A stretch of DNA of 64,000 nt. Source: a virus. Taxonomy: Duplodnaviria > Caudoviricetes. Below, piece by piece: positions 43,079-51,491 of this stretch. Where the stretch lies: positions 10,199-74,198 of IMG/VR virus record IMGVR_UViG_3300049781_000059; one strand, 5' to 3'. A program made the translations under genes and the position numbers. The first letter of the stretch is position 1; every line of letters begins with the position of its first letter. Under the pieces are notes generated by a model. It worked only from the letters and a program-made list of their open reading frames with translations, did not search any database and was not told where the DNA came from.

Positions 43079-43672
43079 CTAGAAGCCGGACCAAACGTTG
43101 CCGAGGCCGACGCCGACGGATCCGCCGAGCTGCTGAACGAGGGGGCCGACGAACGTCGGGGCGAGGTACACGCCGAGGGCGATGCATGCGGCGGCCTGCA
43201 CGAACTTCATCGAACCCCGCTTGATCATGACGATCACGCCGATCAGCAGGCCGACGCCGACGGCGACCGTGACGCCGATGGCCCCGCCACCGGCCTGGGT
43301 CTGGTACTGCTGCTGGGTTCCGGCGGGCATCTGCTGCTGCGGGTTGGTCAGCTGCGCACCGGTGCCGCCGTCGGGGGTGAGCCCGTTGGTGATGCCATCA
43401 CTGCTGCCGGGCTCGGTGTCGGCCCGGAAACCGGCGACGACGGCGACCTGCTTGTCGGTGGCGTGGTGGCCGTAGCCGCCCATACCGCTGATCCGGATCG
43501 TGCGCCCGTCCGGCATGGTGACCGGCGCGGTCACGGCCCGCTCGACGACCGACTCGGAGACGGCAGCGGACGCCGGCGACGGGGCGGCCAGGGTGACGGT
43601 GGCGGCACCGCCGAGGACAGCAACCGCGGCACTGCCCGACACGGCGATACGACGAAGGGTGCTGGTGGTCAT
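43079..43672 (-). CDS. Secreted / membrane protein (Spd-like transfer accessory)
   Basis: ATG 43672; signal peptide ending ASA, Gln-rich linker, two C-terminal TM helices; directly upstream of traB. Confidence 0.6.
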   Translation of the reverse strand: MTTSTLRRIAVSGSAAVAVLGGAATVTLAAPSPASAAVSESVVERAVTAPVTMPDGRTIRISGMGGYGHHATDKQVAVVAGFRADTEPGSSDGITNGLTPDGGTGAQLTNPQQQMPAGTQQQYQTQAGGGAIGVTVAVGVGLLIGVIVMIKRGSMKFVQAAACIALGVYLAPTFVGPLVQQLGGSVGVGLGNVWSGF

Positions 43673-43683
43673 GATGATCTCTC

Positions 43684-43911
43684 CTAGCCGTGAAGGGTGA
43701 AGTCGGACGCTTGAGCGGAATGGATCGGGATGCCGATCTGGCGGGCGCAGTAGACGCGCATCTCCTCGAGCACATCCACGCCGGTGCGGGTGTCGCCAGG
43801 GGCGACGTTGTAGGTGCCGTTGCACGGCCAGCGACCGTTGCCGGCTTTGCGCACGGTCAACGTCCAGCGGTAGATGCCAGGCGGCAGAGGCTTGTTCATG
43901 GGGTACGACAC
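43684..43911 (-). CDS. Hypothetical protein
   Basis: 75 aa with AGGAG RBS. Confidence 0.55.
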   Translation of the reverse strand: MSYPMNKPLPPGIYRWTLTVRKAGNGRWPCNGTYNVAPGDTRTGVDVLEEMRVYCARQIGIPIHSAQASDFTLHG

Positions 43912-43929
43912 GGGGTGTCTCCTGGTTGG

Positions 43930-45267
43930 TCAGTCGGTGGTGGGGGTTTCCGCCCTTACCGCGTCGCGGAGGCGGATGGCGTATTTGGTGCGGCAGCCGA
44001 CGGCTTCGCGGACGTTGCGCGCGGAGAGCCGGTCGGTTCCGCCGAGGGCTTCAGCGAGGGCGCGAACCTTGATCAGGTCGGCTTCTTCGAGGGGGCGATC
44101 CGAGTCCGGATCGACGGCGAGGCGAGGGGCCCGCTTCCCTTTACCCACAAGGGTTGTGGGGGCTTCGCGGCGCTTGCTGGAGCGAGCCCGTGACCCTCCC
44201 CCCGCAGGGCCGCCCGAGGGGCCTTCTGTGGGCGTTCCAGTGGGTCCGTCGTCACCGTTGTTCGGGCCGAGCAAGTCCGCGAGAAGCAGGCCGACGGCAA
44301 CACTCTCGGGGCTGGTGTCGTAGTCCTCCAGCACCGTGGCGACAGCCTCTCGGGCGGCCTCCTTCGACGCGAGAGATTCAGCCGTGATCGACAACGGCAG
44401 GGCGTGCACCGTGTCCCACGCCTGGGCCCACGCAGCCTCCCGGCTGATCGCCCCCGTCGGGTAGGCAGCCATGATCCGCCGGTACTCGTCGAACTCCGGC
44501 TCGAACAGCTCCTGCCGCAGCTCGTCCTCGGCCTGCTCGACCGCCTTCCGCTCCCGCTCCGCCTTCGCCTGCTCCCGTGCGGCTCGTCGGTCGCGGGCGC
44601 GCTGCTTCAGGTCGCGTCCGTCCTCGGCGGCCTTGGTCTCCAGGAACTGGCGGACCTCGGCGAGGAGCGGGCCGATCATCGAGGTGGCGGCGAGGGCGTA
44701 GCCGGCGACCGACCCGAACTCGGTGACGCCGTGCGCGTAGTTGATCCATCCGGCGATCGACGCGAGCGAAGCGGTCAGCAGCCAGAACGGCCAGCGCGGG
44801 AGCCCCTTGCGGTGCGCCCACCGGGTGCCCATGACGCCGACCCAGGCGAGGAGTTCGAGGAAGAACGGGACCGGGGCGAGCGTCCAGGCGGGGCCGGCGT
44901 CCTTGTCGGTCTTGTGGTGGAGGCCGAGGAAGTAGGAGATCTGGGCGGGGAGGGCGGCGAGCAGACCGAGGGCCATGACGACGTTGACGAGGATCTTGAA
45001 GGTGGTGCCGTCGTCGTCGCGCTTCTCCCGACGCTTCGCCTTGCGGGCGGCCTTGTCGTCCTTCGCGGCCTCGGCCACTGCGGCGAGCTGGTTGCGGAGC
45101 TTGGTCTGCTTGAGCTGCTCGGCCAGCTTGGAGGTCTCGGTTGCGGCGGCTGCGGTCTCGGCGGCCTTCGCGGCAGCCGCGGCTTCGGCCTTGATCCGGG
45201 CGGTCTCGGCCTTCGTCTTGGCTACGTCGGCGTCACGCTCCTCCCAGGAACGGTATCCGCTGGTCAT
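43930..45267 (-). CDS. Spd-like multi-TM coiled-coil protein with C-terminal HTH (DUF2637-like)
   Basis: ATG 45267; coiled coil, about 4 TM segments, coiled coil, terminal LSARNVREAVGCRTKYAIRLRD. Confidence 0.7.
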   Translation of the reverse strand: MTSGYRSWEERDADVAKTKAETARIKAEAAAAAKAAETAAAATETSKLAEQLKQTKLRNQLAAVAEAAKDDKAARKAKRREKRDDDGTTFKILVNVVMALGLLAALPAQISYFLGLHHKTDKDAGPAWTLAPVPFFLELLAWVGVMGTRWAHRKGLPRWPFWLLTASLASIAGWINYAHGVTEFGSVAGYALAATSMIGPLLAEVRQFLETKAAEDGRDLKQRARDRRAAREQAKAERERKAVEQAEDELRQELFEPEFDEYRRIMAAYPTGAISREAAWAQAWDTVHALPLSITAESLASKEAAREAVATVLEDYDTSPESVAVGLLLADLLGPNNGDDGPTGTPTEGPSGGPAGGGSRARSSKRREAPTTLVGKGKRAPRLAVDPDSDRPLEEADLIKVRALAEALGGTDRLSARNVREAVGCRTKYAIRLRDAVRAETPTTD

Positions 45268-45320
45268 GGCTGTCCTTCCAGGACTCGGTGGGGGTGACTG
45301 TGGGTGGTGCAGTGGGGTTG

Positions 45321-45512
45321 TCAGCGCCGCCGGCGGGTGGAGCGGTAGCCGAACGGGCCGGGCAGGTCGTAGCTGGTGGTTGCCTGGCCGGTGCTGGACC
45401 ATGTGCGCTTGGGTCCGCCCTTCGGTCCAACGGTGATCGACCAGGACCGGCGGTTGATGTTGATGCGGACGCCGGGCAGGATCCGGAAGCTCCTGCGGAA
45501 CGTGATCGGCAC
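45321..45512 (-). CDS. DUF4236-like small basic protein
   Basis: GTG 45512, MPITFRRSFRILPGVRININRRSWSITVG. Confidence 0.75.
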   Translation of the reverse strand: MPITFRRSFRILPGVRININRRSWSITVGPKGGPKRTWSSTGQATTSYDLPGPFGYRSTRRRR

Positions 45513-45517
45513 GGCGG

Positions 45518-45706
45518 TCACGCCTTCCAGAGCTGGATGTTGGTGACGGTGAGGCCCTGCTGGGAGTAGCGGGCCTGGACGATGCGGCGCGCCCCGGTGT
45601 GGCCCTCGGAGCTGCCGACGGTCACGTCGCCCTCGCGGACGCTGGTCCGGTCGGTGCTGAGGTCGATCACATCGGCCGTGTAGCGGTACGTCGTGGTGTA
45701 GCTCAT
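45518..45706 (-). CDS. Hypothetical protein
   Basis: ATG 45706, 62 aa, GAAGG RBS. Confidence 0.55.
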   Translation of the reverse strand: MSYTTTYRYTADVIDLSTDRTSVREGDVTVGSSEGHTGARRIVQARYSQQGLTVTNIQLWKA

Positions 45707-45793
45707 AAGGTTCCTTCCGGTCGGGTGGGTGGTGCGGAGTGCCCCGGGCCGGTTCCGATCCGGCAGCGTCACGCCGGGGCCGGGGCTGAGGGG

Positions 45794-45961
45794 TCAGTGC
45801 TTCTTGCACTTGCCTCGGGCGCAGCGAGTGCAGCCGGTGTCGATCTGGCGGCGGACGGGGGCGATCACCGCGTTGGCGACGGAGTCCCCGGCCTTGCCTC
45901 CGACCTTGTGGAGGGCAGCGGCTGCGTTGTCGAGCTTCTCGGCGGCCTTGCGTCCGAACAT
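45794..45961 (-). CDS. 55-aa protein with C-terminal CxxC...C-H cluster
   Basis: Translated by hand: MFGRKAAEKLDNAAAALHKVGG...GCTRCARGKCKKH; GAGG RBS. Confidence 0.6.
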   Translation of the reverse strand: MFGRKAAEKLDNAAAALHKVGGKAGDSVANAVIAPVRRQIDTGCTRCARGKCKKH

Positions 45962-46275
45962 GGCGTTCCTCTCGGTTGGTGAGTGGTGGTCGGTGCGCGC
46001 CCTGGCCTGCTTCGAGGCGGTAGACCCGTGATCGGCCGACCAGGACTGGGTGCCGGGCGCGGCGGGGGTTTCCGCGCCCGGCAGTCTCGAGGTGGCGTGT
46101 CACCACCAGATCGACTCCTTCTTCGGGACGATCTGGCCGCCGTGATCACCACCCATGTGGGCCACACACTGCGGACAGTCCTCGCGCGGGCCGAGCCTGC
46201 GGTGAATATCCGGGTCATAGGCGTGGGTCCAGCACTGGCGGCACTCGCCCGGCGGCACCGGGCGACGCAAAGCCA

Positions 46276-46509
46276 TCAGGCGGCGGCCGGGTAGTCGAAG
46301 CCGTCGAGCTGGTCGAGGAGGTCCCGGTCGCGGCCGGCGGCGAGCTTGATCTCCGCCATGCGGACCCGGTTGCCGGCCTGGCGGGCGGCGGCGTAGTCGG
46401 CGAACAGGTCGGAGATCGACAGGACCGGCAGGTCGACGACGAGCGTCGCAGCGCGGGCGGCACCACCGTCACGGACGGCGTGATCGGCGGAAAACAGAAA
46501 CGGAGACAT
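46276..46509 (-). CDS. Hypothetical protein
   Basis: 77 aa. Confidence 0.5.
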   Translation of the reverse strand: MSPFLFSADHAVRDGGAARAATLVVDLPVLSISDLFADYAAARQAGNRVRMAEIKLAAGRDRDLLDQLDGFDYPAAA

Positions 46510-46677
46510 GACGGTGCCCTTTCAGGGGTGCAAGAGGTGGGTGGGGGTGGAATGCCGCGGCCGGCGGGACGGGGGTTGGACACCGCCGACCGCGGCGGTC
46601 TAGAGGGCTTCAGCCCTGAGGGTGAGGGCGAGGCGGCCTGACGGGCAGAGGCTCCTTGGCCCGCTCGTGCTCGGCCA

Positions 46678-46842
46678 TCACGCGGCCTGGTGCAGGTGCT
46701 GGCAGCGGTCCCGCCAGTTCAGGTGGATCGGGCAGGTCACCCGCTGGTCGACGGGTGTCTCCCGGGCCGTCTCCTGGTACAGACGCAGCAGCAGGTCGTC
46801 GGAGGCGTCCGCGGGAATGGCGGCGATCGTCGAGTTCGCCAT
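46678..46842 (-). CDS. 54-aa hypothetical protein
   Basis: TGATG coupling; ...TCPIHLNWRDRCQHLH. Confidence 0.55.
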   Translation of the reverse strand: MANSTIAAIPADASDDLLLRLYQETARETPVDQRVTCPIHLNWRDRCQHLHQAA

Positions 46843-47114
46843 CACACGCCCCCATCCCGGAGGAAGGCTTCGAAGTCGCGCACCACGTCTTCGATGTCGG
46901 CGTCGTCCACGGCCGGCAGCCCCGACGCGTCACCGTTCAACCGGTCGGTGATTCGCTTCAGGTCCGCCTCGGACAGCCACACGTCGCCGACGTACCGGCC
47001 ATCCGAGAGGCGCAACGTCACCATCCCGGCCCGGTCACCGTCGTTCGGGGACGTGGCCACCAACGCGTGATACAAGGCGAAGACCAGCAGGTCCCGCTCG
47101 CCGGGGGCGGCCAT
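46842..47114 (-). CDS. Hypothetical protein
   Basis: ATG 47114, 90 aa, TGATG coupling. Confidence 0.6.
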   Translation of the reverse strand: MAAPGERDLLVFALYHALVATSPNDGDRAGMVTLRLSDGRYVGDVWLSEADLKRITDRLNGDASGLPAVDDADIEDVVRDFEAFLRDGGV

Positions 47115-47419
47115 CACGCGCCGCCGATCAGGTCGAGCCGGCCCGCCTTGGCGAGGACCGCGTGCGCGGCGGCCATGACGTCCTCGGCGTCCGCCAACGA
47201 CCGGGCATCCAGATCCGACATGCGACCGGACTCGGCAAGCCCGGCGAGCTGCGCGGCGTGCACGGCAGCCGTCTCGTACTCGGCAACCGCCTGCACCAGC
47301 GGGAAGTGCGGCAGCGCCTTGGCCAGCGCGGCGGCGGCCTTCGGCGGCAGCGGGGCGGTCGGCGTTGCGACCGCGTGGTCGGCGCGCGTCTGCGCACCGA
47401 TAAGATCGGTGGTAGCCAC
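47114..47419 (-). CDS. Hypothetical Ala-rich protein, first gene of the transfer-side operon
   Basis: GTG 47419 with AAGGAG RBS, 101 aa. Confidence 0.65.
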   Translation of the reverse strand: MATTDLIGAQTRADHAVATPTAPLPPKAAAALAKALPHFPLVQAVAEYETAAVHAAQLAGLAESGRMSDLDARSLADAEDVMAAAHAVLAKAGRLDLIGGA

Positions 47420-47549
47420 AGGATCTCCTTCGTAGAACCTGGTGGTTAGGCCCTGGCCAGGGAGTGGAGTCCCTGAGCTGGGGCCGTCTTCGTTTGTGGG
47501 TGCTGGTGGAGCAGCACACGTGTCCCAGCCGAGCCGGTGGAGCGACTCA

Positions 47550-47598
47550 GTGGCACTCCACTCAAGGTAGCGCCAACCCTGGCGCGTGGCAATCCACT
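47550..47598. promoter_or_regulatory. Paired operator-like repeats in a divergent promoter region
   Basis: GTGGCACTCCACT at 47550 and GTGGCAATCCACT at 47586 (36-bp spacing, each quasi-palindromic). Confidence 0.55.
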
Positions 47599-47614
47599 GT
47601 GGGACTCTTCTTTC

Positions 47615-47821
47615 ATGCCAGCCGGAATCCACCTCAAGACAGCCCGCACCTTCCGCCCCGACAGCCCCGAGCTGTACGAGAAGGCGAAGGCTGCCGTCGG
47701 CGAGGTGGGCTCGACGATGAACGAGCACATCAACGGCTTCCTGCGCTGGCTCACGCACGAGACGGACGAACTCCCCTCCCGCCCGCCGGCCAAAGCCAAG
47801 CAGGGGGAGAAGTCGCCGTGA
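47615..47821 (+). CDS. Small DNA-binding protein (ribbon-helix-helix-like)
   Basis: ATG 47615; ARTFRPDSPELYEKAKAAVGEVGSTMNEHINGFLRWL strand-helix-helix pattern. Confidence 0.6.
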   Translation: MPAGIHLKTARTFRPDSPELYEKAKAAVGEVGSTMNEHINGFLRWLTHETDELPSRPPAKAKQGEKSP

Positions 47822-47992
47822 ACTGCTTCCGCGAGAACCTTCATGCCGTCCAGCCAACGCCCAACGCGCGCGCGGCAGAAGGTCACGCCGAGGACACCAA
47901 CACGCCATAACTGCCCCGCCCCGACACGGCGGTGACACCAGCCTGTCGCCGCCCCGCCAGACCCGAGCGCCACGAGCACGGGAGCCGTCACA

Positions 47993-48631
47993 GTGGACGT
48001 CGTAGAGACCTGGACCGGAAGATCCGCATGCCTCCTACAGCAGGCGATGCGGATGACGAACGAGGCGTTCGCCGAACACCTCGGCATCTCGGAGCGCACC
48101 ATCAGCCGGTGGCACGCCAGCCCCGAGATGGTTCACCGGACCGAGGTACAGCAGATCTTGGACATCGCGCACAGGGAGGCGAAGGACGACGTGAGACACC
48201 GCTTCGCGCTCCTGCTGCGCCCGCCCGCACCGCGCATCGAGGCGCAGGCGCTGCGGGTAGCCATAGCGGTCGTGGTCCGCGGTGATGACATCCTGCTGGT
48301 GTGCCGTCGCGGCGACGGCGAGCTGCGCTGGCAGTTCCCTGCGGGCATGGTCAAGCCGGGTGCAGCGCCTGAGACGGTCGCAGTGCAGGAGACGCACGGT
48401 GAGACCGGGGTGCACTGCACGATCCGCGAGCAGCTCGGCGAACGCGTCCACCCGGTCACAGGCGTTGTGGCCTCGTACTACCTAGCTGATCATCTGGCGG
48501 GCGACGCCTCCAACCGGGACCCGCTCGAGAACGTGGACGTCACCTGGGTGCCGCGCGCGGCCCTGACCCGCTTCATCCCCGCAGACCAGATCTTCCCGCC
48601 CATCCTCAGCGCCCTGGAGGCCATCGCATGA
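47993..48631 (+). CDS. XRE-type HTH fused to a degenerate Nudix domain
   Basis: MTNEAFAEHLGISERTISRW HTH; Nudix box GMVKPGAAPETVAVQETHGETGV lacks several conserved residues. Confidence 0.8.
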   Translation: MDVVETWTGRSACLLQQAMRMTNEAFAEHLGISERTISRWHASPEMVHRTEVQQILDIAHREAKDDVRHRFALLLRPPAPRIEAQALRVAIAVVVRGDDILLVCRRGDGELRWQFPAGMVKPGAAPETVAVQETHGETGVHCTIREQLGERVHPVTGVVASYYLADHLAGDASNRDPLENVDVTWVPRAALTRFIPADQIFPPILSALEAIA

Positions 48632-49041
48632 CGACCGAGACCACCACCGAGAAGCCCGGCATCTCCGCCGCCATCATCGTCCAGGACGGCAAGGTGCTCA
48701 TGGTGCGCCGCCGGATCTCCGAAGGCGAGCTCATGTGGCAGTTCCCGGCGGGCGCGATCGAGGACGGCGAGGTCGCAGAGGAGGCTGCGGTGCGGGAGAC
48801 GGTCGAGGAGACCGGCCTGGTCGTCACCGCCACGAAGCTGCTCGGTGAGCGCGTTCACCCGAAGACCGGCCGGTTGATGTCGTACACGGCCTGCACGCCG
48901 GTGCAGGGTGAGGCGCGCGTGGCGGACGAGGACGAGCTGGATGCGGTCGCCTGGGTCGCCCACTCGGAGATCAGCGACTACGTGCCCTACGGCCTGTTCG
49001 GGCCCGTCCAGGAGTATCTCGACGCGGTCCTGCCGCACTAG
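48628..49041 (+). CDS. Nudix hydrolase
   Basis: Canonical box GAIEDGEVAEEAAVRETVEETGL; ATGA-coupled to the upstream gene. Confidence 0.92.
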   Translation: MTTETTTEKPGISAAIIVQDGKVLMVRRRISEGELMWQFPAGAIEDGEVAEEAAVRETVEETGLVVTATKLLGERVHPKTGRLMSYTACTPVQGEARVADEDELDAVAWVAHSEISDYVPYGLFGPVQEYLDAVLPH

Positions 49042-49148
49042 CGGGCACCGCTTTCGCGCCAATGATTCGATCTTGCCCGCCAGTGCTCGACGACCCCAAA
49101 ACGGACCTAACGTCCCGGGTCTCTTACTTCCGCCGGGGAAAGTAGAAG

Positions 49149-49173
49149 CTAACGGAGCAAGTGATTCCGTTAG
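49149..49173. promoter_or_regulatory. Inverted-repeat operator candidate
   Basis: CTAACGGA-N9-TCCGTTAG in an AT-richer intergenic stretch. Confidence 0.45.
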
Positions 49174-49271
49174 ACGTGTTAGCTCTCATCCGTATGTTGT
49201 CGGTGCTACGGCGGCCGGATAGCAACGCCGTGCACCGACGGCTACGTTGTGCCTCACCCCACCTGAAACGC

Positions 49272-49329
49272 GAACGGCCGGGCGGTGGCGACCGCCCGGC
49301 CAGTTCGACCAGCGAGTGGCGACTCGCTG
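49272..49329 (+). promoter_or_regulatory. Twin hairpins with identical GGCG loops (structured leader or small RNA)
   Basis: GGCCGGGCGGT-GGCG-ACCGCCCGGCC (49276-49301) and CAGCGAGT-GGCG-ACTCGCTG (49310-49329). Confidence 0.6.
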
Positions 49330-49366
49330 ACCTGTAACCCCGACCCCGTCAAGGATGGAGTTCTCC

Positions 49367-49660
49367 ATGAAGAGTAGCGGCACCGCGTCGTTAACGCGCG
49401 CCTCTTTGTCGACAGATCACCTCATGAACGCCCCGCTCGACGACCTCCTCGCGGAGTACGACGTAGACCTGGTGGTGATCGAGGCGGACCCGGGCTTCAC
49501 GGGCGGCACCTTCGCCCGCCCGGACGGCTCGCTGCTGTTCGTGCGCCCTTCGGGCCGGCCTGAGGTGGAGTGGGAGATCACGGCGCGGGCTCTGCTGGGT
49601 CGGGCGTTGCGGGTGGCGTTGCCGCCGCTGCCGGCGCCGTTCGAGGTGACGGAGCTGTAG
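49367..49660 (+). CDS. Hypothetical protein with TTA at codon 9
   Basis: ATG 49367 after GGAG; TTA at 49391-49393 in frame; alternative start at 49424. Confidence 0.6.
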   Translation: MKSSGTASLTRASLSTDHLMNAPLDDLLAEYDVDLVVIEADPGFTGGTFARPDGSLLFVRPSGRPEVEWEITARALLGRALRVALPPLPAPFEVTEL

Positions 49661-49714
49661 GTCGTCCATGCGATCGGCCCGACAGGGATTCGCCTGCCGG
49701 GCCGATCGCCGTCT

Positions 49715-50590
49715 CTACCGCCGCCAGACGTTGACCTTTTCCGTCGATAGGAGCGGTGCCCCCTCCGGGCCCTTCACGTGCGAAGGCACCCACGTCTGTC
49801 TGCGCAGCGTCCGGGCAGGGCCGTAGGGCTGGTTCCGCCAGTGCCCGGAGACGATCCACCTGTGCTTGTAGTGCCGACCGCTGCCCGCCTCGGGGTCGCG
49901 GTCCTGCGGCGTGTACTGGCGGCGCAGGTCAACGACGGTCACATCGGGGGTGGGCAGTCCGTCTCGGGCGTCGGCGCGCGCCGTGGGCTTGTCGGCATGT
50001 TCTCTGGTGCGGTCGATGAGCAGCGGCTGCTGCATGAGGAGCCAGGCGGAGGCCAAGGCGGCAACGACGGTCTGAGGAAGCTGATCGTCGATCTCCGCGA
50101 GGGACAGGGGTTCGTCGGTGATCGGGATTGTGCTCCCGTAGATCGGAAGCAGGGGCGGCATGCGGGTCTCGTCCAGCGTGTACAACTGGGCGAGCGGCTG
50201 CATCTCCGCGACCAGTCGCGCCCGCGACATCAGCAGCCACAGCATCATCTCTCCGTCATGCGGGCCCCACGCGCACGCCTCGACCGGGATCTGCACTCCC
50301 TGGGCGTCCATGTGGCCGACGCCACCCTGCCAGTACAGCAGCCCACAGGGGGCCGGCCGGTCTGAGGTCGCCCAGCGTGCCGCTGCGAGCTGCTGCCCGG
50401 CGTGCACGGCGAGGGCGCCCATGTCTTCCTGAACCCAGAACAGGTCGCCGACTTCCAGGATGGAGGCCAGGGCGTCCAGGCCGGGCGCGACTGCCGGGCT
50501 GGTCTTGGAGCGCAGGGAGGACTCCGAATCCCGAAGGTGCCGCAGCGTCTGCCGCCGCACCTTCGGGAGCTGGGAGGGGCGCAGGGTCAC
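49715..50590 (-). CDS. Conserved phage protein with C-terminal HRWxVSGHWR...GP...KGP motif
   Basis: 291 aa, GTGA overlap with the upstream gene. Confidence 0.65.
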   Translation of the reverse strand: MTLRPSQLPKVRRQTLRHLRDSESSLRSKTSPAVAPGLDALASILEVGDLFWVQEDMGALAVHAGQQLAAARWATSDRPAPCGLLYWQGGVGHMDAQGVQIPVEACAWGPHDGEMMLWLLMSRARLVAEMQPLAQLYTLDETRMPPLLPIYGSTIPITDEPLSLAEIDDQLPQTVVAALASAWLLMQQPLLIDRTREHADKPTARADARDGLPTPDVTVVDLRRQYTPQDRDPEAGSGRHYKHRWIVSGHWRNQPYGPARTLRRQTWVPSHVKGPEGAPLLSTEKVNVWRR

Positions 50591-51243
50591 TTGCCGCTCT
50601 TCTCGTAATCGTCGAGACGCCGCGCGATCAGGGAACGGCCCTTGTCGGCAATAGCCTTGACCGTGGGCTCCTTGATCTCGACCCTCTTGGCCAGCACCGC
50701 CTGCCCGCCACGCCCCCAGGAGTCGATCATCTTGGCGAAGGCGATCTGTCGGCGCTGAGTGGCCTGCTGGTAACTCTCCTCGGCCTTACTGAACTGCTCG
50801 TGCGCCCACTCCGCGGCGATCAGACGCGCGGTGTGGTTCCTGCTGGCGCCGTCGTACATCTCTTTGGCGGAGATGCCGTCGACGTCGGTCTCGTCCCAGA
50901 TGGGGAGCTCTTCACCTTCCTCGTCGTAGGACGGCATGGCACCGGCCGTGGCGCCGCGCACCCACTCCTCGTAGGCGGCGATGGCCTCGTCGAGGTCGTC
51001 GGTGTCCTGGAAGTCGCACTCACTGGGGCCGCTGTCGAAGATGATCCAACGGTGTTCGCCGTTGGGGTCGGTGTAGGGCATCACGGCAAGGTGGTATTCC
51101 TTCTGCCCGATCTCGTCGAGGCTGAAGGTTTCGCGCACCTCGTCGCGGCGGCCGAGGGCGGCGTCGATGGCGGCCTCGAAGTCGTCTTCCTGGTCGGCGT
51201 CGATGTCGATGCCCTGGATGCTGGAGCGGATGACGCGGAGCAT
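50587..51243 (-). CDS. Very acidic protein with C-terminal HTH-like segment
   Basis: ATG 51243; about 37 D/E in the first ~132 residues by hand count; GGQAVLAKRVEIKEPTVKAIA. Confidence 0.7.
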   Translation of the reverse strand: MLRVIRSSIQGIDIDADQEDDFEAAIDAALGRRDEVRETFSLDEIGQKEYHLAVMPYTDPNGEHRWIIFDSGPSECDFQDTDDLDEAIAAYEEWVRGATAGAMPSYDEEGEELPIWDETDVDGISAKEMYDGASRNHTARLIAAEWAHEQFSKAEESYQQATQRRQIAFAKMIDSWGRGGQAVLAKRVEIKEPTVKAIADKGRSLIARRLDDYEKSGK

Positions 51244-51292
51244 GGTGCCCCCCCCTTCTTCGGGTGGGCTGTTCCCTCCCGACACCCCAAAC

Positions 51293-51330
51293 TTAGCACC
51301 CCCCTAACCCGTAAGGCAAGGGGGGTACTA
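51293..51330. promoter_or_regulatory. Inverted-repeat operator / divergent promoter
   Basis: TTAGCACCCCC ... GGGGGTACTAA (1 mismatch). Confidence 0.55.
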
Positions 51331-51491
51331 AGAATGCAGCTCCAACCCCGCTGCGCCACCTCGTTGGGGCGCCTGGTGCCCGCGGGGCGCCCGCCGTTCT
51401 GTGGCCCCGCCCACATTGCCCGCATCCGGCTTGCCGTACTGCCCGGTACCCCAGGAGCCTGCTGCCCCCAACGCCGCACCCGGGGGACGCC

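Noticed and set aside
44144-44160. CCCACAA-GGG-TTGTGGG palindrome sharing 7 nt with the late-gene element
   Set aside because: Inside a coding region, lacks the rest of the consensus and the -10/start geometry; could be chance.
51248-51255. C8 tract before ATG 51243 (and C9 at 62762-62770) as phase-variation switches
   Set aside because: Both are probably outside coding sequence (RBS spacer, pre-terminator), and homopolymers of this length are unremarkable at this GC content without read-level evidence.
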